64,000 nt of DNA, taken from Eledone cirrhosa (Eukaryota). The notes beneath the pieces were generated by a model. The model was not told the origin of the DNA and searched no databases. It was given only the letters and a program-made list of their open reading frames with translations. Location of the stretch: the NCBI GenBank assembly GCA_964016885.1, contig OZ024757.1, positions 24,738,001 through 24,802,000 on the forward strand. Reading direction: 5' to 3'. Shown here piece after piece: positions 38,838-50,629 of this stretch. A program made the position numbers and the translations under genes. Positions within the stretch are counted from its first letter, which is position 1. Each line of letters opens with the position of its first letter.

Positions 38838-38967
38838 ATATATATATGAATATATACACACACACACTGATGTATGTGTATATATGTATACACACACACA
38901 GACAGACATATGGATTAATTCAGTACTTCACCTTGATATTTTTCCTATTCTTTCATTGTTTAAGATT

Positions 38968-38999
<32 letters not shown>

Positions 39000-40407
39000 C
39001 ATCATCGTTTAACGTCCATATTCCCCGCTCGCATGGGTTTGGACGGGAGTTTTCCCACTTGAGGCAAGAGTGGTTGTCTTGCTTGCATAGGACTGTCTGG
39101 CGGGTTTTCTACGGCTGGATGTCCTTCCTAAACACCAACCACATTTACAGTGTGGAACTGGGAGGTTTTTACCGTGTTACTTACACAGTCACATTACACC
39201 ATGGACTGTGTGTTTTTTTGTCGTGACACCTACACGACCTTGTTTGTTTCGGGCTGGATGTTGTGGTACCAACATAACTTTACATTGAGAGGGGTGGTGT
39301 GGATGGGGTGGGGTAGTGGGACAGGGGTGTATTTTGTTAGAGGTGTCTACTGACTGTAGTAGGTCTCACTTTGCACTTAGGTAAGGCGGGTCTTCTCTAT
39401 TATTGTGTAGCGCCAAAGAATAACAATTATAATAATCCAGACAATTAGATATTTCCTAGGGTTGATATATATATATGTATAACAAGTATATCGATGGAAA
39501 ATTTATCTTTTAAAACCATATTTATTTCCTTACACATGTTTGAAGGGAGTTGTACATCTAATTATTTGAAATGTTATAAAACATTTCACATAATCCATAT
39601 CCATATACATTTTGAAACTTTTATCACTCCTCCAAAGAGAGGGTATGTACAATTTTGACTACATATCTATGCCTGTATATGGACATGGATTGGATGTGCA
39701 ACTCCCTTGAAACATGTGTAAGGGAATAAATATGGTTTTAAAAGATAAAAGTTGATTTTTCCATCAATATACTTGGTTATATTTGCTCTGTGTTTATGTC
39801 TACACCACCAAATCTTTGTCACTAAAAACTTCTTTCCCTTCAAACCTATATATTATATAAACACATTGAGCTAATTCTGAAAAGATGTGGCAATATCATA
39901 TATAGTTGTCTACTTCCCTTCGAGCATTCTAGTCAACTTTGAGAACTCTGCATCTTTATGTACAGCTGTCATCTTTCATACACACCGCATGTTCTTATAA
40001 ATGCAATCTCCTCTCCTGCACACTGCATCTGATTCCTTTTATGCCTAGTTTCTCTCTCAGTTCATTTATGCTTTGCCCTTCATGTATTACACATCCATTG
40101 AAGCATGCAGGCTTCATTTCTTTCCAATCTTCCTAAGTCCTCACTACCATGCAACATTGTTGTTCTTATACATGCATCCATCGTACAGTCTGCCTTTCAT
40201 CTTGAGGAAAAAACTTTTGTAGCTAGCAATGGTAGTAGCTCCCTGAACTTCTTCCATCCCATCCTCACTCTGGCTACTGTACTTTCAGAACACCCACCTC
40301 CACTGCTAATATATATATATATATATGTACACATCATCAGCATGGGTAGGAAGGGCAGTCCCTTTACGAGAGATCAGGTCAGAGGATCTCGATTCACACA
40401 CACAGAA

Positions 40408-40443
<36 letters not shown>

Positions 40444-41033
40444 ATCAGAGCAAACATCACGGACGCTCTATCTCAAAATTATTTTTGAAAAGCATTAGAA
40501 ATGCGCAACCGGTTAAACTAAAAACCAAAACTGAATACTAACCAATACTATTACTAATTCTCACTTATTCCTAATTAAACTATTTTTCACTGTGAACAAT
40601 TTGTCAGCATTTTCTATTCCGTTTACCAATATATATATATATATATATAAAGGCACATGGGTTACTGGTTAGAGCATTGGGGCTTGCAACTGAAAGGTTG
40701 TGAGTTCAATTCTCAGACTGGGTGATGTGTTGTTTCCTTGAGCAAGACACGTTATTTCACATTGCTCCAGTTCACTCAGCTGTAGAAATGAGATGATAGG
40801 GACTCCAGTCCCTATCATTCCACTGTAAAGTGGTCATAGGTGCCACAGCAAAAAAGCACCCAGCCCACACTGTGAAGTGGACGTGTAGGCGCCACGGAAA
40901 AAAAGCACCCAGCACTCACTGTAAATGAGGTTGGTGTTAGGAAGGGCATCCATCTGTAGAAATCAAGCCAGAATCAGTTCCCGTCCCACCCTTGCAAGCA
41001 GGGAAAAGCAGACGTAAAATGATGATGATGATG

Positions 41034-41065
<32 letters not shown>

Positions 41066-41136
41066 GTTCGGCCTTTTCAGTCTCTGCTTTTCAGCCCCAT
41101 GGATTTTGTCTATTATATCCTTTTGTTAAATTTTGA

Positions 41137-41194
41137 ATACCTGATGATTTCACCGGATTGATACTGAACCAGGTCATTGAAATGATCATAGTAT
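41137..41194 (+). ncRNA. Minimal type-I hammerhead motif
   Basis: ATAC-CTGATGA-...-GAAA-TGATCA-TA-GTAT, with stem I ATAC/GTAT and a palindromic stem III; stem II is partly decayed. Confidence 0.6.
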
Positions 41195-41518
41195 AATAAA
41201 CCTTTTAAGGAATTACACCAGTCCAGCCTCCTGTTATTTTATAATATATATTTATATATATATATATATTAATACAAGGCATGTAGAACTATATTTTTCC
41301 CAAATGTCCTTCTTCAAAATAAGGGTGCTTCATGTATGCCGTAAAAAAAAAAGGAAATCTATTCCCGCTCTTCCTCCTGCTTTTTGCTAATCTCTGTGGC
41401 ACTGAAAAAGTATGATGGCCATAGCCCCTGTTTCAACCAGTTTCAGCTGCCCTAGGATAGAGTCATGGGTTCTGCCTTTCCCACCAAAGACTACTTATAT
41501 ATTGAAGAGATGACATAC

Positions 41519-41570
41519 CTGTTTTTCAATCTTTGTTTTTTGCATGTTTGCAGGATAATCATCTGGTATG
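41519..41570 (-). CDS. TUB: Tubby N-terminal 52-nt exon (absent from the ORF track): (S)IPDDYPANMQKTKIEKQ
   Basis: Resembles the vertebrate exon [18 protein letters not shown]; acceptor ttgttgcag; donor CAG|gtatgt; phase 2-0. Confidence 0.85.
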
Positions 41571-42054
41571 CTGCAACAATAAAAAGAAGAACAAATATAT
41601 ATATATGAAGCACAAATTTAAATAATTTTGAAAACCATACAATGCACCAGAAAGAAAATCAAGATTGCTAAGATAACAAAAGAATCTTACCGTAGCAAAT
41701 TTGATAATCGCAAATATTTAAATTTGCGTTTCCTATTTAACAATGCTTCAAGCAAACTACAACACACGGATTGATATATATATATATATATAAAATGGAC
41801 AGGTGTCAAATATATATATAAATGGACAGGTGTCAAATATATATATATATATAAAATGGACAGGTGTCAAATATATATAAATGGACAGGTGTCAAATATA
41901 TATATATATATATATAAAATGGACAGGTGTCAAATATATATATATATATATAAAATGGACAGGTGTCAAATATATATATAAATGGACAGGTGTCAAATAT
42001 ATATATATATATATGAAATGGACAGGTGTCAAATTTTCCTTACATTTATTGAGG

Positions 42055-42140
42055 TGTGACATGCGTTTCAAGATTAATCAGCTGAAGGTTTGATCTCTGT
42101 CGATCGGGCCCGACACTGGAATCAAAAGCTCATCAGTTAT
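42055..42140 (-). ncRNA. Hammerhead-like motif with long stem II, in the left arm of a 246-bp fold-back
   Basis: CTGATGA (42136-42130) ... GAAAC GCAT GTC (42069-42058); the mirror copy on the plus strand has ATGATGA. Confidence 0.6.
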
Positions 42141-43317
42141 TGTAATGATGAGCTTTTGATTCCAGTGTCGGGCCTGATCGACAGAGATCAAACCTTCAGC
42201 TGATCAATCGTGAAACGCATGTCGCACTTCAATAAATGTAAGGAAAATTTGACCCCTGTCCATATTATTATTATCATTACACTCTGCTTAGTACAGCCCC
42301 AAAATACATACTGGAGACTACGCATTGAGTGCTCACTTTGGTGATCCTCATAACTCGACGTTACAATCCCTAAACTATATATATATTATAGATTGGCAGT
42401 ATCGGTAGAGGGTCAGACGTCATGCTTTGACGCATAGAGTTACGGCCCTTTCCATTCTGAGTTCAAATCCCGCCGAGGTCAACTTTGCCTTTCATCCTTA
42501 CGGGGTCGATAAAATAAAGTACCAGTAATGTACTGGGCAATTGCTGGCCTTGTGCCAAAAGTAGAAACAATTATATTATTTATTTATCTTCATACATGGA
42601 ATAAAGATGCTACCAGGGTTTCGAGGTCCAAATTTAACCACACCATACCATACCTCCAGAATACGAGAGGCATCATATATATATCATATATATATATAGG
42701 GTGTCAAGTATGAAATTTGTAGAAATGTTTTTCTACAAATTTTCTACTTGACCCCCACCCCCCTCTCTCTATAAATATATATATAAATATATGTCAGTGG
42801 AGGCACGTGGCCTAATGGTAAAGGTGTTGGACGTATGATCATAATGTTGTGGGTTCGATTCCTGGGTTGCATGTTGTGTTCTTGAGCAAAACACTTCATT
42901 TCACATTGCTCCAGTATACTCAGCTCAAAATGAGTACCAGCAATAGCTGGGGGTTTAACCCTGCGATGAATTGGCGCCCTGTCCAGGGGAGAGTCTTGTA
43001 CTCTCAGTCGCTTCACGCCATGAAACCGGGATAAGCACCGGCCAAATGAACCTTCTGGCTTAAAACATACTTTAGACTTTTAGATATATATACATATATA
43101 TATATATATCAAAAAGAAGTTTAAGGTTTACTTACAATAACATAACTCAAGTTTCATGATTTTCAAAAGTTAAGAGAGATGGAGAGATGTGTTGCTATGC
43201 CAACTTGTAACTCACATCTAACTGAAAGAACCACAACAATCCCGATTTTTGGTGCGAGATTACTACCAAATTTGATACCTAATCACATGATCTTCCTCAA
43301 CCTATCAAATACTTTAA

Positions 43318-43726
43318 CCCTTTAGCATTTAAACTGGCTGTATCCAGCTGAAATTCTCTCACCTCTTTCTGTTCAAACTGGCCATAACTAACCACTCATC
43401 CTGATGTTAAGGTATTGTTCTCAAAATAAATATCAAAATCTCATAGATTCGATATTATGTGAGATAATTATGTGAGGTAAAGTCTTTACCGCAAAAATAC
43501 AATAGTAAATATAAAGTATTTAAACTAGCTGTATCCAGCTGAAATTCTCTCACCTCTTTCTGTTCAAACTGGCCATAACTAACCACTCATCCTGATGTTA
43601 AGGTATTGTTCTCAAAATAAATATCAAAATCTCATAGATTCGATATTATGTGAGATAATTATGTGAGGTAAAGTCTTTACTGCAAAAATATACTAGTAAA
43701 TATAAAGTAATGTAAATGCTAAAGAG
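43318..43726. mobile_element. piggyBac-type MITE with an internal ~190-bp tandem duplication; single-unit copy at ~20818-21024
   Basis: TTAA-CCCTTTAGCATTT ... AAATGCTAAAGAG-TTAA. Confidence 0.8.
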
Positions 43727-44823
43727 TTAAACATAAAGCAGTCTAAAACTATAAGAAATTCCCAACATCAGTTAGATGTGAGTTACAAGTCGGCATAGCC
43801 ACATATCTCTCCATCTCTTAACTTGTGAAAAACTTGAAACTTGTGAAACCGGTAAAATTATAAGTTATTGTAAATAAACTTTCTTATAAACACAAATTGC
43901 ATTTTAAACTTCTTTTTCCTATATTTTTACCCATGTGGGATATATTAAAAAAACTTTATATATATATACAGCCCATCAAACCAACCACCACCCAACAACC
44001 CACCCGACCCCACCAGCCAACAAACCACGCAATAACCCCACCCCCCTCACCCCACCATAACAATAAACCAGACTTTCTTTACCTTAAACATAACATCAGC
44101 TGAGAGAAACATGTTTCAACATGTTTCTATCTATCTATCTCTCTACCTCCACACCCGCTGTCTGTCTTTCTACTACTATCTTTCTCTATCTCCCCATCTC
44201 TCTTTCTCTCACTCTCTCTCCCCATCTCTCTTTCTCACACTCTCTCCCCATCTCTTTCTCACTCTCTCCCCATCTCTCTTTCTCACACTATCCCCCCTCT
44301 CTTTCTCACACTCTCTCCCCCTCTCCCTCTCTCCCCATCTATCTTTCTCACCCCTCTCTCTCTCCCCATCTCTCTTTCTCAGACTCTCCCTCCCCATCTC
44401 TCTTTCTCACACTCTCCCTCTCTCACACTCTCTCCCCCTCTCTTCCTCTTTCCCCTGCTCTCTAGTAGTGGTGGTGATGGTGGTAGTGATAGGGGTAGTA
44501 GTGATGATGGTGGTGGTGGAAGTGATGGTGGTGATGGTGTCCTTTTCTATTACAGCCTTGAGTTGATCAATGCCTCGTGACTAACATTTGATAGACAGCA
44601 ACTGTGTGGAAGCCCACTGCATGTGTGTGTTTACATTTACTATTAGTCAATGTCCAGCAACTTGTTTCGATGTAAAGAGATAAATAAAATAAGTAGCAGA
44701 CTTAAAAACAAAAACAGGTGATGGGGTTGATGTGGTTGACTAAATCCCTTCAGTTTGGTGCCCCAGCATGGCCACAGTCTAATGAAAGAAACCAGTAAAA
44801 GAAAATATTTGTATCTCACACAT

Positions 44824-45020
44824 AAGAGGATCGGCTGAAAAGATCATAGGCTGATGATGAAGGAGTGATGCTCGAGCTGTGAAATCTTGCATGCATTAAT
44901 TTCAACTCTTATTAATAACTGCATTGTTTTTTTCCAAGGATTATGTTGAAAAATAAACTTCTTTTGGTCATTCCATGAGAGTGTCTTGGTCAGCCTATGA
45001 ACTTTTCAGCTGACCATCAT
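44824..45020. mobile_element. Mariner-type MITE (~195 bp)
   Basis: TIRs GGCTGAAAAGATCATAGGCTGA / TCAGCCTATGAACTTTTCAGCTG, flanked by TA. Confidence 0.75.
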
Positions 45021-46584
45021 ATTATAGCCTTGGGTTGATCAATAGTTTGTGAATAACATTTGGTAGACAGGAACTGTGTGGAAGCCCATTGAATATATAT
45101 GTGTGTGTGTGTGTGTGTGTTTATGTTTACTATTTGATGATATCCAGCAACTTGTTTCAATGAAAAGAGATAAATGAAATAAGTAGCAGACTTTAAAAAA
45201 AAAATACTAGGTTCTATCAATCCAATGAAGGGCCTTCTCACCCCTATTGGAGGAAGCCCTTCCTGGTTGACCTCCACCACCTTTTATTTGGTATTGATCA
45301 TGTCTTCAGGGGGTGTAGTCGTATTCACCATGCTTGGCCAATTGCAGGCTGGTGAAGCTATTTAACCAGTTGGGGTGAATGTCAGTTGATGCTGAGGAAT
45401 TCATCCACCCCTTTTAACAGCTATTGTTGTTTGTGCTTTTGGGGTTCCAATTCCCTTCCTCACCTGGTCAGGATCTGGTGGGGGAACCGGTTTAGTCACC
45501 GACCACTTGACCATGAAGCAGGCTGCACTAGGTTATACAGTACCAGTAGCCTGGGGTCGATATGATTGACTAAATCCCTTCAGGTTGGTGCCCCAGCATG
45601 GCCACATTCTAACAACTGAAACCAGTAAAAGAAAATATTTACATTTCACACATATGTAGGTTCAACTGTGTTTCCCAACCTTTTCTTCCTTGTGGCTCAT
45701 CTTTGATGGCAAAAATATTTCAGGCCCTCATACGCACAATTAGAAATTCGATGTAACAGTAAATATATTTTATTTGTATGCATGTATGGACCCGTAACTC
45801 CTGATGGAGCCGTAGGGGTGTCATGTTAAAATACAGTGTTTCTAGGGCATTTTAAAAACCTGACAGAGCCCTCTCCAGGTCTGAACTCAGCAGATTTCTT
45901 CAAGAGAAGGATAGGGAGTGAGAGAGTAGAAGTGAGAAAGAGTTATAGAGGAAGAATCGACCCCAGTACTTGACTGGTACATTTTTATCAACCTTGAATG
46001 GATGAAAGGCAAAGTTGACCTCGGCAGGATTTGAACTCAGAGAGCAGAGAGTCAGAATGAATGCAGCAAAGCATTCTATTTAAGGTTCTAATGACTGCCA
46101 AGTCGCCATCTATTTACAAAGGCAAAATGTAGTAGAAAATATAAATCCTGACCAAGGACTACACTGCTCCTGCTGTCTCTTAACTTGTCAAGTTGAACTT
46201 CCAAGCCTTGGTTCTGCTTCAGGCATAAGTCTCCTCTCTTTTCAATCTACAATATATTACATTTCAAAGTCCACCTATTTCCTTTGGGCCAATTCCAGGC
46301 CCATTAAAAAAGAAACTCAGACCCATGTTGAGAATAATTGGTTTAGCTGGCTTCATATGGGGTTATATTTCATAGGAGGTTTCTGTTCTCCTACAAGGCT
46401 GAAACTCATAGGAGGTATCTTGGGTGGTTTAATGAAGGAAAGTAGTGGTGGTGATAGTGATGGTGGTGGTGGCAATGGTAGCAATGTTGAATTGAAGTTT
46501 TTAAATTCCAGCTGATTATATTATTTGTGTGTGTGTGTGTGTGTGTGTGTGAGTGTGTGTGTGTGTGTTTGTATGTATGTGTAT

Positions 46585-47891
46585 ATCATCATCATCATCG
46601 TTTAACGTCTACCGTCCACGCTAGCATGAGTTTAGACGGGAATTGTCCCACTTGAGGCAAGATTGGTTGTCTCACTCGTATAGGACTATCTGGCAGGTTT
46701 TCTACGGCTGGATGCCCTTCCTAACACCAACCACGTTAACAGTGTGGACTGGGAGGTTTTTACCGTGTTATTTACATGGCCACATTACAGCATGGACTGT
46801 GTGTTTTTTTGTTGTGACACATACACAACCTCATTTATTTAGGACTGGATGTTGTGGTACCAACATAACTTTACAGAGAAAGGGGTGGTGTAGCTGGGGG
46901 TGGGGGTAGGGGGTAGGGGGAGGGGGTGTTTATTTGGTTAAGAGGTTCCTACTGACTGTAGGTTTCGCTTTGTACTTAGGCAAGGCGGGTCTTCTGTATT
47001 ACTGCGTAGCACCAAAGATCTCGGTTCAGTGACATTGTCTTAGAGAGGTGCAAGTGTGCACGGTCGGAATTTATCAAATCGTCCCAGGTTCTTCTGGGTC
47101 TGCCTACTCCGTAGCTTCCATCTATTTTGATTGCCCTGCACTTTTTTATACAGCTGTTGTCTTTGATGCGCATCATGTGACCATACCAACGTAGTCTTCT
47201 CTCGAGTAAACAGCCTCTGATCCCTCTTATTCCTAATTTCTCACTTAGTTCATTTATGCTTTGCCGTTCACGTAAATTACTATTACACATCCAATGGAGC
47301 ATACAAGCTTCGTTCCTCTGCACACTGCCATGTAACATTGCTGTTCATATGTAGGCATCATACAGTCTGCCTTTCATTTTTAGGGAGAACCCTTTAGCGG
47401 CCAATAGTGGTATAAGCTCTCTGAACTTTTTCAATCCCGTTCTGAGTCTGGCTACTGTACTTTCAGAGCACCCTCCACCACTGCTGATTTTGTCACCCAG
47501 GTAATGGAAGGTGTCCACTATTTCTATAGAACCATCTGGGCAATGGAAGGAGCTAGTATCCTGTGGGCACTTGCTACTACTTATTGCACCTGAGCACCGG
47601 CCACATATAAAATCCATGTTCTTAGTTAGCTTACCTGTGATCCCACTATATCTTTTATGCACCCATTCTTTGCATTTGGGACATAAAAATGGAGTTTCTG
47701 CCTACTCCTTTCCTACACACTGAACATCGCAATTTCCCAGAGGGGACCAGTGCCCTATTTTCCTTCCTACATACTAGAACTTTAGTCTTAGACAAGTTAA
47801 TTTCTAGGCCATGCTTCCATGTTTGGAATGTCTTCTCTAGTTCAGCCATTGATTCAGCTATGAGCGTTAGATCATCTGTTTATAGAAGTTC

Positions 47892-47895
<4 letters not shown>
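46585..47895 (-). mobile_element. 5'-truncated RTE LINE
   Basis: ORFs 47655-47849, 47345-47662 and 46976-47338 encode the RT C-terminus (RLRWYGH, GRPRRTW), followed by a 3' UTR and (GAT)n tail. Confidence 0.9.
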
Positions 47896-47933
<38 letters not shown>

Positions 47934-48654
47934 CAAAGAGGGTGTGGTAAGATACCAGGTGGACCATAATGCACCAGAGTACTCAATACTTAGAGTAGTA
48001 GAGTGGGTAATAGGAAAAGAGTCAGGACCCCAACAGCTAGATCCAAACTTTCGGATCTAGCTGTTGAAACGACCAGAGCTCAGCCGTCAGGGTCCTGATT
48101 CTTTTCCTATATACATATTATTAAATTCAATATTACAACAAAGACAAAACACAAAGAAACACAAGGACACATGTTTCGTTGAGCAAACTCAACTTATTCA
48201 ACTCGTAGTGTTTCAAGTATATATGTATGTGTATGTGTGTCATCATCATCATCATCATCGTTTAACGTCCATCTTCCACGCTAGTATGGGTTTAGATGGG
48301 AATTGTCCCACTTGAGGCAAGATTGGTTGTCTTGCTCGTATAGGACTGTCTGGCAGGTTTTCTACGGCTGGATGCCCTTCCTAACACCAACCACGTTTAC
48401 AGTATGGACTGGGAGGTTTTTACCGTGTTACCTACACAGCCACATTACACCGTGGACTGTGTGTTTTTTTTGTCATGACACCAACACGATCTCATTTATT
48501 TAGGACTGGATGTTGTGGTACCAACATAACTTTACAGAGAAAGGGGTGGTGTTGATGGGGGTGGGGGAGTTGGGGGTAGTGGGAGGGGGTGTAAATTTGG
48601 TTAAGAGGTTTCGCTTTGTACTTATATATATATATATATATATAGATAATATAT

Positions 48655-49043
48655 ATTGGACACTGACCAAGAAACTCACTCAAATGGTGGATGGGTGCTG
48701 CACGAGAATGCTGAGGATGGCTCTGAACATTAACCAGTATACACTGAGGATGAAAAACTCAGAGCTGTATGGGAGCCTCCAAAAAGTCAGCTGAAAAGTG
48801 ACACAGAGGTGACCAAGGTTAGCTGGACATGCTCACCATCATCCAGAGTTGACACTGCACTCAGTGCTCCTGTGGGAGCCCCTACATGGACACACTGGAA
48901 GAGGAAGACCAAGGTTAATGTACGTTGATGCCCTAAGGACAGACACTGGTCTGTTGGAGATGCAGGACATGGCAGCGATAATGAGGGACAGAGACTACTG
49001 GAGTGAACTCGTCCATGGATCTCGTGAATTTTACCCGCCCTAG
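48655..49043 (+). mobile_element. 3' fragment of another RTE-like LINE family; a related copy lies at ~14470-14850 and other RTE-like fragments at ~22790-23080, 31560-32020 and 36160-36450
   Basis: WTLTKKL...DGCCTRMLRMALNI...LAGH...GRPRLMYVD motifs. Confidence 0.8.
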
Positions 49044-49466
49044 AAATATATATATATAGATAGATAATATATATATATATAGTGTATGTGATTCAGTGAA
49101 TTACTGGTGGTGGTACCAATACGAGCACTTGATACATAGGCAGAGTGTATATATTAAGAAAAACGATGAAGTTCCATTTACATGTATTTAGTTTTTTACT
49201 GTGTATCAACCTGTTGCATGTGTTTCACAGGGCATTGGGTCAGGGTGATCGATAGAAGTTCTAGACCCAACACCATTATCAATCTACATGAAAAAACAAG
49301 ACTTTGAATATCCCGCTCATATACCAGCACACACACAGACACATATGAATGGATATACACACAGATACATACACACATGAAAATACATGTATATGTACAC
49401 ACAAAAGTAGCTCTACCAATGCACTCAAACACTTACACCCACATACATGAAAAAATAGGGCCAATG

Positions 49467-49501
<35 letters not shown>

Positions 49502-50005
49502 CCATCATCTCAGAAATCAAAACAAACACTATATTTTATTTTGTTGAATCACCAATCTGAGGAGCAGACCAATAATGGAGTTGGGTCCATAACTTCTATG
49601 GGTGACCCTGAACCAATCCTCTGTGAAACACGTGGAACAGGTCAATACACAATAAAACACACACACATATATATATATATCAAATATTAAGCAAGCAAAC
49701 TAAGAGGAGAGATAAGTGATTAGTTACAAAGATTACAAGCCAGTAGAGAGAGGGTTAGTGTGCTTGATGCATATAGTTTGCAAGACAAGTAAACAAAGCG
49801 AGTAATTTGAAGAAAATATGTCTAGCAAAATTATTGTAAGCAGAGCTAAAAAGCATGAATTAAATGTCAGAGACAACGATTTCGTGATCGGTAATTATAT
49901 CATCAATGTACAAATTAATGATTCAGTTTCCGAAACAAGTTGTCAGCCAGTAAATATTCAAATGTGATAAACTAACACATATTCTAATTAATCTATATAT
50001 GTGAA

Positions 50006-50425
50006 GGCGCATGGCTTAGTGGTTAGAGCATTGGCCTTGCAATCAAAAGGTTGTGAGTTCAATTCTCAGACCGGGTGATGTGTTGTTTCCTTGAGCAAGG
50101 CACTTTATTTCACATTGCTCCAGTTTACTCAGCTGTAGAAATGAAATGGGGTGCCTATCATTCCACTGCAAAGTGGTTGTGGAGGTGCCACGGCAAAAAA
50201 GCACCCAGCCCACACTGTAGAGTGGAGGTGTAGGCGCCACCGAAAAAAAAGCACTCACTGTAAATGAGGTTGGTGTTAGGAAAGGCATCCAGCTGTAGAA
50301 ATCAAGCCAGAATCAGTTCCCGTATGAGCAAGACAAGGTCAGCCAACTGGACACTGCCCACAACAAGACAACCCGTCTAACGCATGCTAGCGTGGAAGAA
50401 CGGACGTAAAACGACGATGATGATA
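50006..50425 (+). mobile_element. tRNA-derived SINE family B with RTE-type 3' tail. Other copies lie at ~40651-41035, 42800-43080 and 51637-51935 (plus), and 10920-11036, 33280-33785 and 35140-35255 (minus).
   Basis: A-box TGGCTTAGTGG, B-box GAGTTCAATTCT, core CCTTGAGCAAGGCACTTT; tail GGCATCCAGCTGTAGAAA...GGACGTAAAACGACGATGATG is shared with local RTE LINE 3' ends. Confidence 0.85.
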
Positions 50426-50578
50426 TATATATATATATATTGAGAGAGAGATAATTTATATATATATATAAATCAAACATTTAAAATACTGTATTGATTT
50501 TTAATTCTTGGTAGTTGTTTCTAATGAAACTGTGGAAATATCCACAGAATTTGCTAGTTAAAGAGTAAAAGAACTCAC

Positions 50579-50629
50579 CTTCCAGGTGGACCACTCATTG
50601 TCCACGTCGAGGGATTCTGATCCGGCAAT
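50579..50629 (-). CDS. TUB: Probable upstream tubby exon (51 nt): LPDQNPSTWTMSGPPG(S); contains an in-frame ATG at 50598
   Basis: Strong polypyrimidine acceptor (ctgttttcattctttcattctgtag) and donor AAG|gtgagt; open in the phase-2 frame required by the 52-nt exon; no homology support. Confidence 0.6.

Noticed and set aside
41792-42032. Repeat-spacer pattern resembling CRISPR
   Set aside because: The spacers are only (TA)n and the repeat is the end of the adjacent fold-back element.
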